From Candidatus Lokiarchaeum ossiferum (GTDB lineage Archaea; Asgardarchaeota; Lokiarchaeia; Sigyniarchaeales; Promethearchaeaceae): DNA of 32,000 nucleotides. The notes under the pieces were generated by a model. It was not told the DNA's origin and ran no database searches. It saw only the letters and a program-made list of their open reading frames with translations. Positions 23,852 through 32,000 of this stretch are shown here, in pieces; position 1 is the stretch's first letter, and every line of letters begins with the position of its first letter. A program made the position numbers and the translations under genes. The stretch covers positions 300,001 through 332,000 of the forward strand of contig CP104013.1 in the NCBI GenBank assembly GCA_025839675.1. Direction: 5' to 3'.

Positions 23852-24514
23852 TTAAGAAAAATGTGAGAAAAGAGCGTTCAAATCTAAGTCTGCAAAGCTT
23901 TCAATTACCAAATCGGCATCTTGAAGTTTATCCCTTGGAAAAGTATTTGCAATAGCTACAGTGTAAGCTCCACTAGCTTTAGCTGCAATAATTCCAGATA
24001 ATGAATCTTCAATTACAATGCTTTGTTCTGGTTTTGAATTTAACTTCGCCATCGCGGTTAAAAATATATCTGGAGATGGCTTGGCATGTTTTACATCATC
24101 AGCGCAAATTATCATATCAAATTCATCGCGAAGCCCCGTTTCTGTAAGACTATAATTAATTTTGTCCAAGCTTCCAGAGGAAGCGACAGCTATTTTTAAC
24201 TTGAGGGATTTAGCATCATGAATTATTTGCCGGATCCCTGGTACTGGGTCAAGATGATTTTTGGAGATTTGATAGTAAGTATCTTCCTTTTTTTTGGCCA
24301 GAACATGCAATAAATCTTTAGAGTAGTCGATGTCATATTTCTCTAAATAAAATTTAGCAGCATCAGTCGAATTTTTACCTAAAATTGCATTATAATCCGT
24401 CCCCACTTCTAAATTGTATTCTTTTTTCATTAAAACATTCCAAGCTCCGCAGCTAAATTTTTCAGAGTCCACCAATACGCCATCGCAATCAAAAATTATT
24501 GCTTCTAAGGTCAT
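23852..24514 (-). CDS. HAD-superfamily hydrolase, beta-phosphoglucomutase/phosphatase-like (subfamily IA)
   Basis: AIIFDCDGVLVDSE (DxDG motif I), AVASSG (motif II), K...EDSLSGIIAAKASG (motifs III/IV). Confidence 0.85.
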   Translation of the reverse strand: MTLEAIIFDCDGVLVDSEKFSCGAWNVLMKKEYNLEVGTDYNAILGKNSTDAAKFYLEKYDIDYSKDLLHVLAKKKEDTYYQISKNHLDPVPGIRQIIHDAKSLKLKIAVASSGSLDKINYSLTETGLRDEFDMIICADDVKHAKPSPDIFLTAMAKLNSKPEQSIVIEDSLSGIIAAKASGAYTVAIANTFPRDKLQDADLVIESFADLDLNALFSHFS

Positions 24515-24672
24515 TAGAAATTAAAAATGCGTAAAGCTTAATAAAAAATATGATTCCATTTCTATACTCCACTAGCTTATTTCTTCTTAAAAGGATTGTT
24601 GCTGGGTCCTATTTTTAACTAACTTCTAAGAAAGATTTATTAATTGAACATCGTATATTTAAGATAATAGAA

Positions 24673-25077
24673 ATGATGGGTATTGTTTCTGATCTCCTTG
24701 ATTACATATTTTCAGGAATTGTTAAACTATTCTTGCCCCGAAATACTAGTAACAACTATGGAAAAGGTTGGCCGGTTATTGTCACGGGATTTATTGATAT
24801 CACCTTAGTTCTAGCAGTGGTATTTGTCCCAATTTTTCTATGGAAAATTATTATTATCATTATCTTGGTGTATGGTATTATGATGTTTCTGGATTTTTTT
24901 ATAGGATATTTAAATGTCAAAAATAAAGACTTGCCAGGAACTTTGAGATATTGTGAACGTTGTGCAAAGAATATGGGTCGATTTCGATCAGTTTGTCCAA
25001 GTTGTGGTTGGTCCTTAAAAGCAAAAAAACAAAAGAAGCAAGCGGAAGTCAAAGAAGAACCCTATCAAGATCTTTGA
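24673..25077 (+). CDS. Small membrane protein with a C-terminal zinc-ribbon
   Basis: 134 aa with two hydrophobic helices, then CERCAKNMGRFRSVCPSCGW (CxxC-x10-CxxC) and a Lys-rich tail. Confidence 0.55.
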   Translation: MMGIVSDLLDYIFSGIVKLFLPRNTSNNYGKGWPVIVTGFIDITLVLAVVFVPIFLWKIIIIIILVYGIMMFLDFFIGYLNVKNKDLPGTLRYCERCAKNMGRFRSVCPSCGWSLKAKKQKKQAEVKEEPYQDL

Positions 25078-25115
25078 ATTGAAATGAGTAAATAAAAAAA
25101 AGATGAATCTTGCAT

Positions 25116-27908
25116 TTATTTAGCAATCATTTGAACATCACAGTGTTGTGGATATTCTACAGTACCACAATTCATTCCGCCAAATTTAGGATCAAGATTC
25201 ATCCAACAGACTAGTTTTCCTTCATGAGGGATCATATCCCTGCCACAATGCTTTGGTAGGCTTTCTTCATGCCCACATTTTTCACATACTAATTTACTTA
25301 CCATTATATTTTTTTCTCCATCTTTTAATATCATTTCTGAATTGATTTCATTACCAGAACGAGTCCCATGAGATATTTCGTCATTAATAACTTTGGATTT
25401 TTCATTCTGGGAATTAATATTCTCTTTTATTTTGTTCAAATCAAGCCGTTTTAATAATAACGCGGAAGTGACTACCGAAACAGAACTCAGAGCCATAAAT
25501 AAGGAAGCTATTCCAGGAGGCACAAAAAACCCAAGAATTCCGAAAAATACACCCGCTGCGAAAGGGATTCCAATCAGATTATAAATTCCCGCCCAAAATA
25601 GATTCTGTTTCATTTTATTATAAGTTTTTTTTGAAAGAGTAATCGCTGCGATTATATTCTGTAATTCACCCTTAATTAATACGATGTCTGCTGATTCCAT
25701 AGCTATATCTGTTCCAGATCCAATTGCAATACCCACATCCGCTTTTGTTAGTGCCGGAGCATCATTAATTCCATCCCCTACCATAGCAACAACTGCATTT
25801 GGACGACTTTGAATTTCTTCAATTTTCGCAAGTTTTTGAGATGGAAGAACTTCAGCGAAATATTCTTTTATCCCAATGGATTGGGCGATTGCTTTGGCGG
25901 TTTTCTCGTGATCACCAGTCAACATGTAAGTACGAATATTTTGCTGATGTAATTCTGCAATGACCGCCTTAGAATTCGGTTTTAATGTATCCATAATTGC
26001 CAAGATACCAATTATTGCTCCATTCTTTGCTACAAACACAACTGTGTTTCCTTGCGATTGCAATTGATCAATTTCATTTTTGGCCATCTGCAAAGAGATG
26101 TCTTCCTTTTCCGCAAATTTAAGATTACCTACAATTATTTTATCGCTACCGATTTTTCCCATGATTCCAAACCCAGGAATATTTTGAAAATCTTCAACTG
26201 AACTTAGTTTTATCTCTTTATCGAGTGCTTTTTCAATAATAGCCTTTCCTAATGGATGCTCTGATCCTTGCTCAATAGATCCCGCAAAATAGAGTACATC
26301 CTTCATTGTAGCTTGATTGAATGGAAGATTTTTTACCACATGGGGTTTACCCATGGTTAGAGTGCCTGTCTTATCAAATACTATATGATTGACTTTATGA
26401 ACCGTTTCGAGACTTTCTCCCCCTTTAATAAGAATTCCCGATTTCGCCCCTAATCCCGTACCAACCATAACAGCGGTAGGGATAGCCAAACCTAAGGCAC
26501 AAGGACACGAAATAACTATGACACTCACAAATCGGAGTAAAGAATCTTCAAAAGTATACGATTGTCCCCAAAACCAATAGGAAAAGGTGATTAATCCGAT
26601 TGCTATGACAGTAGGTACGAATATATTGCTAATTTTATCTGCGAGTAATTGCATTGGAGGTTTTTCAGTTTGCGCACCTCGGACCATGTGAATTATTCGA
26701 CTTAAAACGGTATCATTTCCAATTTTATCGACTTTGATTTTTAAAAGTCCATTTTGATTCACCGTTCCCCCAATAACAATATCTTCAGGGCGTTTTTTAA
26801 CCGAAATAGATTCTCCTGTTATCATGGATTCATCCACACGAGAAATTCCTTCTTCTACAATACCATCAATCGGTATTTTTTCTCCTGGTTTTACCACAAG
26901 AATATCATTTAGATCAATCTCATCGATATCCACATCCACTTCAATACCGTCACGTAAAACTCGCGCAGATGTTGCTTTCAATTCCATTAACTTTGTTAAG
27001 GCGGTTGATGTTCTACCTTTAGCAATGGACTCTAACCATTTCCCCAAGGCTATGAAAGTAAAAATCATAACAGATTCTCCAAAAAAGATATCTCCATAGC
27101 CGGTAAATGTGGAATAAACGCTATAAAGATAAGCTGTTCCACTCCCCAATGCTATTAGAACATCCATATTGGTACTTTTATTTTTTAAACTGGAGTAAGC
27201 ACCTCTATAGAAAAAGGAACCCACAACTATTTGAGAAATTGTCGTTAAACTAAATAAAACATATCGAATTGGTTGCATATAATCCATAAATATATCTGTA
27301 AACAAGTTGATTTGACCAATGGTGAATATTGGGAGCAATATGATAGCACTAACCAAAAAGAGACGCTTTTTATGTCGTATATCATCTTGATAGTTTTCTC
27401 GCTCTTGTTCTAAAATTCCTTGAGTTTTTTTACCTTCAATTCCAAGTTTATAGAACTCTTTCATCACTTTATTTTCTGAGATTTCTCCTGAATTAAAATT
27501 TATTTTGAACAATTTCTTTTCATCTATAAAAGTAACTGAATAAATACCTTGTATCATCTTAAGTGATAATATTGCTTGTGTAATCATTGAATTCTGAGTT
27601 GTGGGGTCTGTTGAAATTTCTAATCTCGAAAGAGTCGCTTTATATCCAATATCTTTTACAGACTTTAGAATTTCGTCGAGATTGACCTGATTTTTGTTAA
27701 AGCTTACCTTAGCGCTTTCTGTAGGAAGAACTACATCTACTCGTTGAATCCCTGGAAGGGATTTAAGTCTTGTATTAATTTTCAATGCACAATTCGCACA
27801 TGTCATTCCTGAAATATTCAAATTTAATTCTATATCGTCTTTATCGAGATGATTTACTGGATTACTTAAGGAAGTTATATTCGTAGAATCATAGCCATTT
27901 TGAACCAT
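25116..27908 (-). CDS. copA: Copper-translocating P1B-type ATPase with an extra Cys/His-rich C-terminal domain
   Basis: HMA domain [11 protein letters not shown]; TGES (MITGESISV); CPC ([11 protein letters not shown]); DKTGTLT; SEHPLG; [12 protein letters not shown]. The ORF opens at a TTG (27947); the first ATG is at 27908 (MVQNGYDS...). The C-terminal ~110 aa beyond the last TM form an extension ending in a 61-aa Cys/His/Met-rich module. Confidence 0.95.
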   Translation of the reverse strand: MVQNGYDSTNITSLSNPVNHLDKDDIELNLNISGMTCANCALKINTRLKSLPGIQRVDVVLPTESAKVSFNKNQVNLDEILKSVKDIGYKATLSRLEISTDPTTQNSMITQAILSLKMIQGIYSVTFIDEKKLFKINFNSGEISENKVMKEFYKLGIEGKKTQGILEQERENYQDDIRHKKRLFLVSAIILLPIFTIGQINLFTDIFMDYMQPIRYVLFSLTTISQIVVGSFFYRGAYSSLKNKSTNMDVLIALGSGTAYLYSVYSTFTGYGDIFFGESVMIFTFIALGKWLESIAKGRTSTALTKLMELKATSARVLRDGIEVDVDIDEIDLNDILVVKPGEKIPIDGIVEEGISRVDESMITGESISVKKRPEDIVIGGTVNQNGLLKIKVDKIGNDTVLSRIIHMVRGAQTEKPPMQLLADKISNIFVPTVIAIGLITFSYWFWGQSYTFEDSLLRFVSVIVISCPCALGLAIPTAVMVGTGLGAKSGILIKGGESLETVHKVNHIVFDKTGTLTMGKPHVVKNLPFNQATMKDVLYFAGSIEQGSEHPLGKAIIEKALDKEIKLSSVEDFQNIPGFGIMGKIGSDKIIVGNLKFAEKEDISLQMAKNEIDQLQSQGNTVVFVAKNGAIIGILAIMDTLKPNSKAVIAELHQQNIRTYMLTGDHEKTAKAIAQSIGIKEYFAEVLPSQKLAKIEEIQSRPNAVVAMVGDGINDAPALTKADVGIAIGSGTDIAMESADIVLIKGELQNIIAAITLSKKTYNKMKQNLFWAGIYNLIGIPFAAGVFFGILGFFVPPGIASLFMALSSVSVVTSALLLKRLDLNKIKENINSQNEKSKVINDEISHGTRSGNEINSEMILKDGEKNIMVSKLVCEKCGHEESLPKHCGRDMIPHEGKLVCWMNLDPKFGGMNCGTVEYPQHCDVQMIAK

Positions 27909-28066
27909 ATTATAAAGAATAATCTTCAAGATATTGAATTTCTTCAATATGAAAAATAATTATTCTGGGAAAATTGATTATATCAGAAAAGAAAATCGGA
28001 CATATTTTATAGGATGAACCTAAATTGATCATAAAATAAGTAATAATTTGGGAAGGAAGCAAATCT

Positions 28067-28645
28067 ATGGAATTAACGAAAAAATATCTAAAAGAAGCCA
28101 TTTCTGGTGAATCTTCGGCGGTTGTGAAATATACGGCTTTTATGGAAACGGCGACACAAGAAGGATTTACAAATATCGCGTACCTTTTTAAAGCATTAAT
28201 TGCTGCAGAACAAATCCACATTCAGAATCATCGAAAAGCGTTAAAAGACCCCGACTTTCAACCAAAACTCGAAAATTTTCAACAAAAAACTACTTTATTG
28301 AATATTGAAAATGCCATTGAAGGGGAACTCTATGAATATAAAACGATGTATCCAACATTCATGAAAGCCATTAAAAAGGAAAGAAAAACAATGTATGGAA
28401 AAGTGGGCTATTTATCCTTTGAATGGGCTCGAAATGTCGAAATTACTCATGCTAACGCTTTAAAAATCGCATTGTCGGCTCTCCAATCTGGAAAAGATCT
28501 TGGACCAACAGAAATCTGGGTATGTAAAGTCTGTGGTAATCTAGTTCTTGGTGATTTACCTTCAGAACCTTGCCCAATATGTAAACATGATCCTCACTTC
28601 TATAAATTAATTAAAAATGAATCTATCGAAACTGGAGAAAAATGA
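28067..28645 (+). CDS. rbr: Rubrerythrin
   Basis: The four-helix di-iron motifs are GESSAVVKYTAF, AAEQIH (ExxH), AIEGELYEYKTMYPTF and VEITHAN (ExxH). A C-terminal rubredoxin-like CKVCG...CPICKH follows. Confidence 0.9.
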   Translation: MELTKKYLKEAISGESSAVVKYTAFMETATQEGFTNIAYLFKALIAAEQIHIQNHRKALKDPDFQPKLENFQQKTTLLNIENAIEGELYEYKTMYPTFMKAIKKERKTMYGKVGYLSFEWARNVEITHANALKIALSALQSGKDLGPTEIWVCKVCGNLVLGDLPSEPCPICKHDPHFYKLIKNESIETGEK

Positions 28646-28648
28646 ACT

Positions 28649-29365
28649 ATGTCAAATAAACCCTATGAAGATAAATTTCACCTTGAAGGTGGAGAAGTTA
28701 TCCGTCAAATCACTTTTGGGATGAATGATGGAGTAGTTTCCATTTTTGCCTTACTCGCTGGTGTTGCTGGTGCAGGTCAATCTCCCAAGACCATATTAAT
28801 TACGCTTTTAGCTGCAACCATAGCGGGAGCACTAAGCATGGCTGCGGGAGAATTTATTAGCGGTAAATCTGAAAAACAGTTTTTTCAACATGAAATCGAG
28901 CAAGAACGTATGGAAATTCACCTCACCCCTGAGATCGAGATAGAGGAAATACGATTAATTTATCAAAAAAAAGGATTTGAAGGAAAATTATTGGAAGAAA
29001 TTGTAGGACAAATAATCAAAGATGAAGATCGGTGGGTTCGTGAAATGGTTATTGAAGAATTAGGCGTGACAGATTTAGAACAAGAAACAAGTTTGAAAGA
29101 ACCACTCATAATTTTCTTTGCTTTCATTTTAGGCTCACTCTTTCCAGTCTTGCCATATCTTATTTTCCAAACTGTATTTGACGGCACCATTATATTCTGG
29201 ATCGCAACCATCTTAACTTTTGGAGGTCTATTTATGGCTGGGGCATTGAAAAAATTTGTAACAGGTGCAATATGGTGGAAATCCGGTATTGAAATGTTAA
29301 TTGTTGGATTATTTGCTTATGGCGTTTCTTATTTCATCGGAAATCTTGTTGGTGTAGCAATCTAA
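28649..29365 (+). CDS. VIT1/CCC1-family iron/manganese transporter
   Basis: ITFGMNDGVVSIFALLAGVAGAG is the VIT-family N-terminal signature. It is followed by a cytoplasmic acidic metal-binding helix region (EIEQERMEIHLTPEIEIEE) and C-terminal TM helices. The start lies 3 nt after the rubrerythrin stop. Confidence 0.9.
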   Translation: MSNKPYEDKFHLEGGEVIRQITFGMNDGVVSIFALLAGVAGAGQSPKTILITLLAATIAGALSMAAGEFISGKSEKQFFQHEIEQERMEIHLTPEIEIEEIRLIYQKKGFEGKLLEEIVGQIIKDEDRWVREMVIEELGVTDLEQETSLKEPLIIFFAFILGSLFPVLPYLIFQTVFDGTIIFWIATILTFGGLFMAGALKKFVTGAIWWKSGIEMLIVGLFAYGVSYFIGNLVGVAI

Positions 29366-29734
29366 AATTTTTTTTATTTCTAAAAAATTATTCAGTTCCT
29401 CGGAGTCAATTCCAAGAATTTATCATATTTTTAGGAGAAATATAACCGATTTATTCAAGAATATGAGACTGAATAGTAGTCTGGGTGTTAATTGAAAATT
29501 CAAAAGGGTGTATTCCTCATCAGATAACTAAATGTAATTAATAATCTTTAGGAGTTTTCGAATCAACAGAAATTGTATGTTTATTTCCTTCCCTTGGGCA
29601 ATTATTTCATAAATTCATATTATAATCTTCCCTTACTGAATGAAAAAGTTTATTTTTAATATCGATATGTACAATCATACATATCGTGAATATAAATTCA
29701 ATTTGAAAATATTCTCGATTATATCGTGATACAT

Positions 29735-31354
29735 ATGCTATGGAATATAGAATTGCCCAGAAATGATATTGATCATATTTCCAGCTATAAACTAGGATCA
29801 ATAGAACGCAAACGACTAGAACAAGAATTAATAAAAATGAAATCTGAAGTAATTGAGATCCCTCTAATAATAAATGGAAATCCTGTAAAAACAAATAATT
29901 TTTTTGAAGTTAGGGCCCCTCATGATCATTCAATTGTACTTGCAAAAGCATATCTTGCAGAAGAAAAACATCTTGAAGAAGCAATTAACTCAGCAATAAT
30001 TGCTCAAAAGAATTGGTCATCAATTGACTGGTATCACAGAGTTGTTATCTTTAAAAACGCAGCATCTCTATTGGCAGGTCCTAAAAGGATAGAAAATATC
30101 GCTGCCATAATGCTAAATCATTCAAAAACACCTTATGAAGCTGAAATTGATTTGGCAGAAATGATTGATTTTTTAAATTTTAATGCTAAGTATCTGGAAG
30201 AAATTTATCAAATCCAGCCAAATCAATCTATTAATGAGCGAAATCGATTTGATTGGCGCCCTCTAGAAGGTTTTGTTCTTGCAATTCCCCCATTCAATTT
30301 TTATTCTATTGGAGGTAATCTACCCACAGCACCTGCGATATCTGGAAATGTTGTATTGTGGAAACCTGCCAGAAGTGTAGTTTTTTCAAACTATAAAATT
30401 ATGGAAGTTTTAATGGAAGCAGGATTACCGGCTGGAGTAATAAATTTTGTTCCCTTCAACAGTAATAATTCGAATATTATCTATAAAAATTCAAATCTCG
30501 CAGGATTTCATTTTACTGGAAGTTATGAGACCCTTGTTACAATATATCAAACGATCTCCCAAAATTTGAAATATTATAAAAATATTCCTCGAATAGTTGG
30601 AGAAACTGGTGGAAAGGATTTTATTTTCCTACATTCATCAGCAAATATTCAATCAGCAGCATTTAATATTGTTCGTAGTGGTTTTGAATATCAAGGTCAA
30701 AAATGTTCCGCATGTTCAAGAGTTTATGTTCCACAAAGCCAATGGGTTAACCTAAAACAAAAACTTATGATAATTCTTAAAAATTTTTCATTTGGAGATA
30801 TTGCGAATCTTAATTGTGCTGGAGGGGCTATTATTAATAAAAACGCTTATGAAAAAATTGTATCCTACTTAGATATTGCAAAAGAAAATCCAAAAACCTA
30901 TGAGATTATTTATGGAGGTTCTTTTGATTCAAGTAAAGGTTGGTTCATATCCCCTTGCCTCGTCCAATCTAAAGATCCCAGAAGTAAGTTAATGGAAGAA
31001 GAAATTTTTGGACCTATTGTGACAATCTATGTCTATCGAGATGAAGAATTTGAGTCAACTCTTAAAATTGCAGATGAAACTTCCCCATATGCTCTTACTG
31101 GAGCAATATTTGCCCAAGATAGATATGCTATTGAAAAAGCTGAAAAAATTCTAAGATTTGCAGCGGGTAATTTCTACATTAATGATAAACCAACAGGTGC
31201 TATAGTAAGTAGGCAGCCATTCGGAGGTACTCGTTCATCCGGGACTAATGATAAAGCAGGATCAAAATTAAATCTTCTACGATGGCTTAGTCCTCGTACA
31301 ATAAAGGAAAACGCAGTAGCTGCAAATAATTGGAAACCTCCTTTTCTAGAATAA
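29735..31354 (+). CDS. L-glutamate gamma-semialdehyde (1-pyrroline-5-carboxylate) dehydrogenase, ALDH4-type
   Basis: About 540 aa of the aldehyde dehydrogenase fold: WKPA, GETGGKDF, catalytic FEYQGQKCSACSR, EEIFGPIV. The long N-terminal arm with a YKLGSIERKRLEQEL... segment is typical of long-form P5CDH. The ORF opens at a GTG (29726); the first ATG is at 29735. Confidence 0.88.
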   Translation: MLWNIELPRNDIDHISSYKLGSIERKRLEQELIKMKSEVIEIPLIINGNPVKTNNFFEVRAPHDHSIVLAKAYLAEEKHLEEAINSAIIAQKNWSSIDWYHRVVIFKNAASLLAGPKRIENIAAIMLNHSKTPYEAEIDLAEMIDFLNFNAKYLEEIYQIQPNQSINERNRFDWRPLEGFVLAIPPFNFYSIGGNLPTAPAISGNVVLWKPARSVVFSNYKIMEVLMEAGLPAGVINFVPFNSNNSNIIYKNSNLAGFHFTGSYETLVTIYQTISQNLKYYKNIPRIVGETGGKDFIFLHSSANIQSAAFNIVRSGFEYQGQKCSACSRVYVPQSQWVNLKQKLMIILKNFSFGDIANLNCAGGAIINKNAYEKIVSYLDIAKENPKTYEIIYGGSFDSSKGWFISPCLVQSKDPRSKLMEEEIFGPIVTIYVYRDEEFESTLKIADETSPYALTGAIFAQDRYAIEKAEKILRFAAGNFYINDKPTGAIVSRQPFGGTRSSGTNDKAGSKLNLLRWLSPRTIKENAVAANNWKPPFLE

Positions 31355-31381
31355 TGATATAATAGGGATAAAGATTGAAAA

Positions 31382-32000
31382 TTATAAATGATCTTTAGGT
31401 TGTTTCCAATCCGCAGAAGAACTGTATTTTTTTACTTCTCGTTGAGCTCTCTTGAGCGGTGCTAATGTACCAGGACCACCAACGCAACCGTAGGGACAAG
31501 CCATTCCTTCCACAAGTAGTGGTGAAGGATCGAGTTTCCCCTTTTCCAATTTTTTTAATAGAATCACACATTCTTTCAAAGTATCCGCAGCAATAAGTGG
31601 AATGTCGTGATCTTGTCCAATAATTGCTTTGGTTTGTTCTATAACTGCGTTTGCTACTCCACCTGCGACGGGAAAACCACGACCTAAAGCCGATGCATCA
31701 TGCAGTTCTTCCGTACCCACCATTTTTGTTACATCAATATTATTTGCTTGAAATAGAGCTGAGAGTTCTTCAAAAGTAATAACAAAATCCACAAATTCAG
31801 CGACTTTAGGAATAAAACATTCTTCCTTTTTGGCGATGCAAGGACCTATGAAGACTACTATTCCATTAGGATCTTCTTTCTTGATTTGTTTAGCAATTTC
31901 TACCATGGGTGCAAAAGATTCGGATATATTGAGAGCAAAAGTAGAAGGAAATTTTTTTTCTGCCATCATTGCCCAAGCGGTGCAGCAACTTGTCCCAACA
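31382..32000 (-). CDS. [FeFe]-hydrogenase-like catalytic (H-cluster) domain protein; 5' part lies outside the window
   Basis: The reading frame continues upstream of the listed Met to the window edge: ...GTSCCTAWAMMAEKK. The three H-cluster motifs occur in order: TSCCTAW (P1), FIGPCIAKKEE (P2), EGMACPYGCVGGPG (P3). Confidence 0.8.
   Translation of the reverse strand, partial: VGTSCCTAWAMMAEKKFPSTFALNISESFAPMVEIAKQIKKEDPNGIVVFIGPCIAKKEECFIPKVAEFVDFVITFEELSALFQANNIDVTKMVGTEELHDASALGRGFPVAGGVANAVIEQTKAIIGQDHDIPLIAADTLKECVILLKKLEKGKLDPSPLLVEGMACPYGCVGGPGTLAPLKRAQREVKKYSSSADWKQPKDHL

Noticed and set aside
27910-28221. 103-aa minus-strand ORF covering the copA-rbr spacer and the start of rubrerythrin
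   Set aside because: It overlaps the motif-bearing rubrerythrin N-terminus in antisense and runs through the divergent promoter region. No motifs are present.
29607-29894. 95-aa minus-strand ORF overlapping the P5C dehydrogenase start
   Set aside because: It is antisense to a clearly homologous ALDH4-type N-terminus, and its composition is hydrophobic and low-complexity.

Overview
This is an A+T-rich segment (roughly 30% G+C by eye, not computed) of a prokaryotic chromosome. It holds about 30 protein-coding genes on both strands, with fairly long A/T-rich spacers. I found no rRNA, tRNA or CRISPR array.

Recognisable genes:
- Hydrolases: two HAD hydrolases, a stand-alone RelA/SpoT-type HD hydrolase, an alpha/beta hydrolase and a CPBP intramembrane protease.
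- Amino-acid and peptide metabolism: an M19 dipeptidase, an isoaspartyl peptidase/asparaginase, an ATP-grasp gene next to a stop-interrupted Asp/Glu racemase, and an ALDH4-type P5C dehydrogenase.
- Surface proteins: an LVIVD-repeat protein and a PKD protein.
- Metal and redox genes: a CopA-type P1B ATPase diverging from a rubrerythrin-VIT1 operon, a YkgJ-type Cys-cluster protein and a partial [FeFe]-hydrogenase-like gene at the right edge.
- Others: a geranylgeranyl-reductase-family flavoprotein, a GNAT acetyltransferase, a tandem pair of cold-shock genes and an AGE-family epimerase.

The gene content fits an anaerobic, peptide/amino-acid-degrading archaeon, possibly Asgard/Lokiarchaeia-like. 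That is inference only, because the window has no phylogenetic marker.

Most unusual observations:
1. Two neighbouring polytopic membrane proteins (a 12-TM MFS and a 7-TM protein) each carry a C-terminal soluble alpha/beta domain that looks longin/roadblock-like. A decayed fragment of the gene lying just upstream of the 7-TM gene separates them, which points to an old module duplication.
2. A more A+T-rich segment of about 2.5 kb is bracketed by 39-nt imperfect direct repeats. It contains the ATP-grasp gene, the racemase with an in-frame TGA, and about 0.9 kb of broken reading frames.
3. The csp tandem duplication has near-identical coding sequences but diverged distal upstream flanks, and both leaders keep a conserved GNRA hairpin.
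4. Two secreted proteins share the C-terminal signal NIP[G/S]YS, then a TM helix, then basic residues.
5. CopA ends in a Cys/His/Met-rich tail with an internal repeat.
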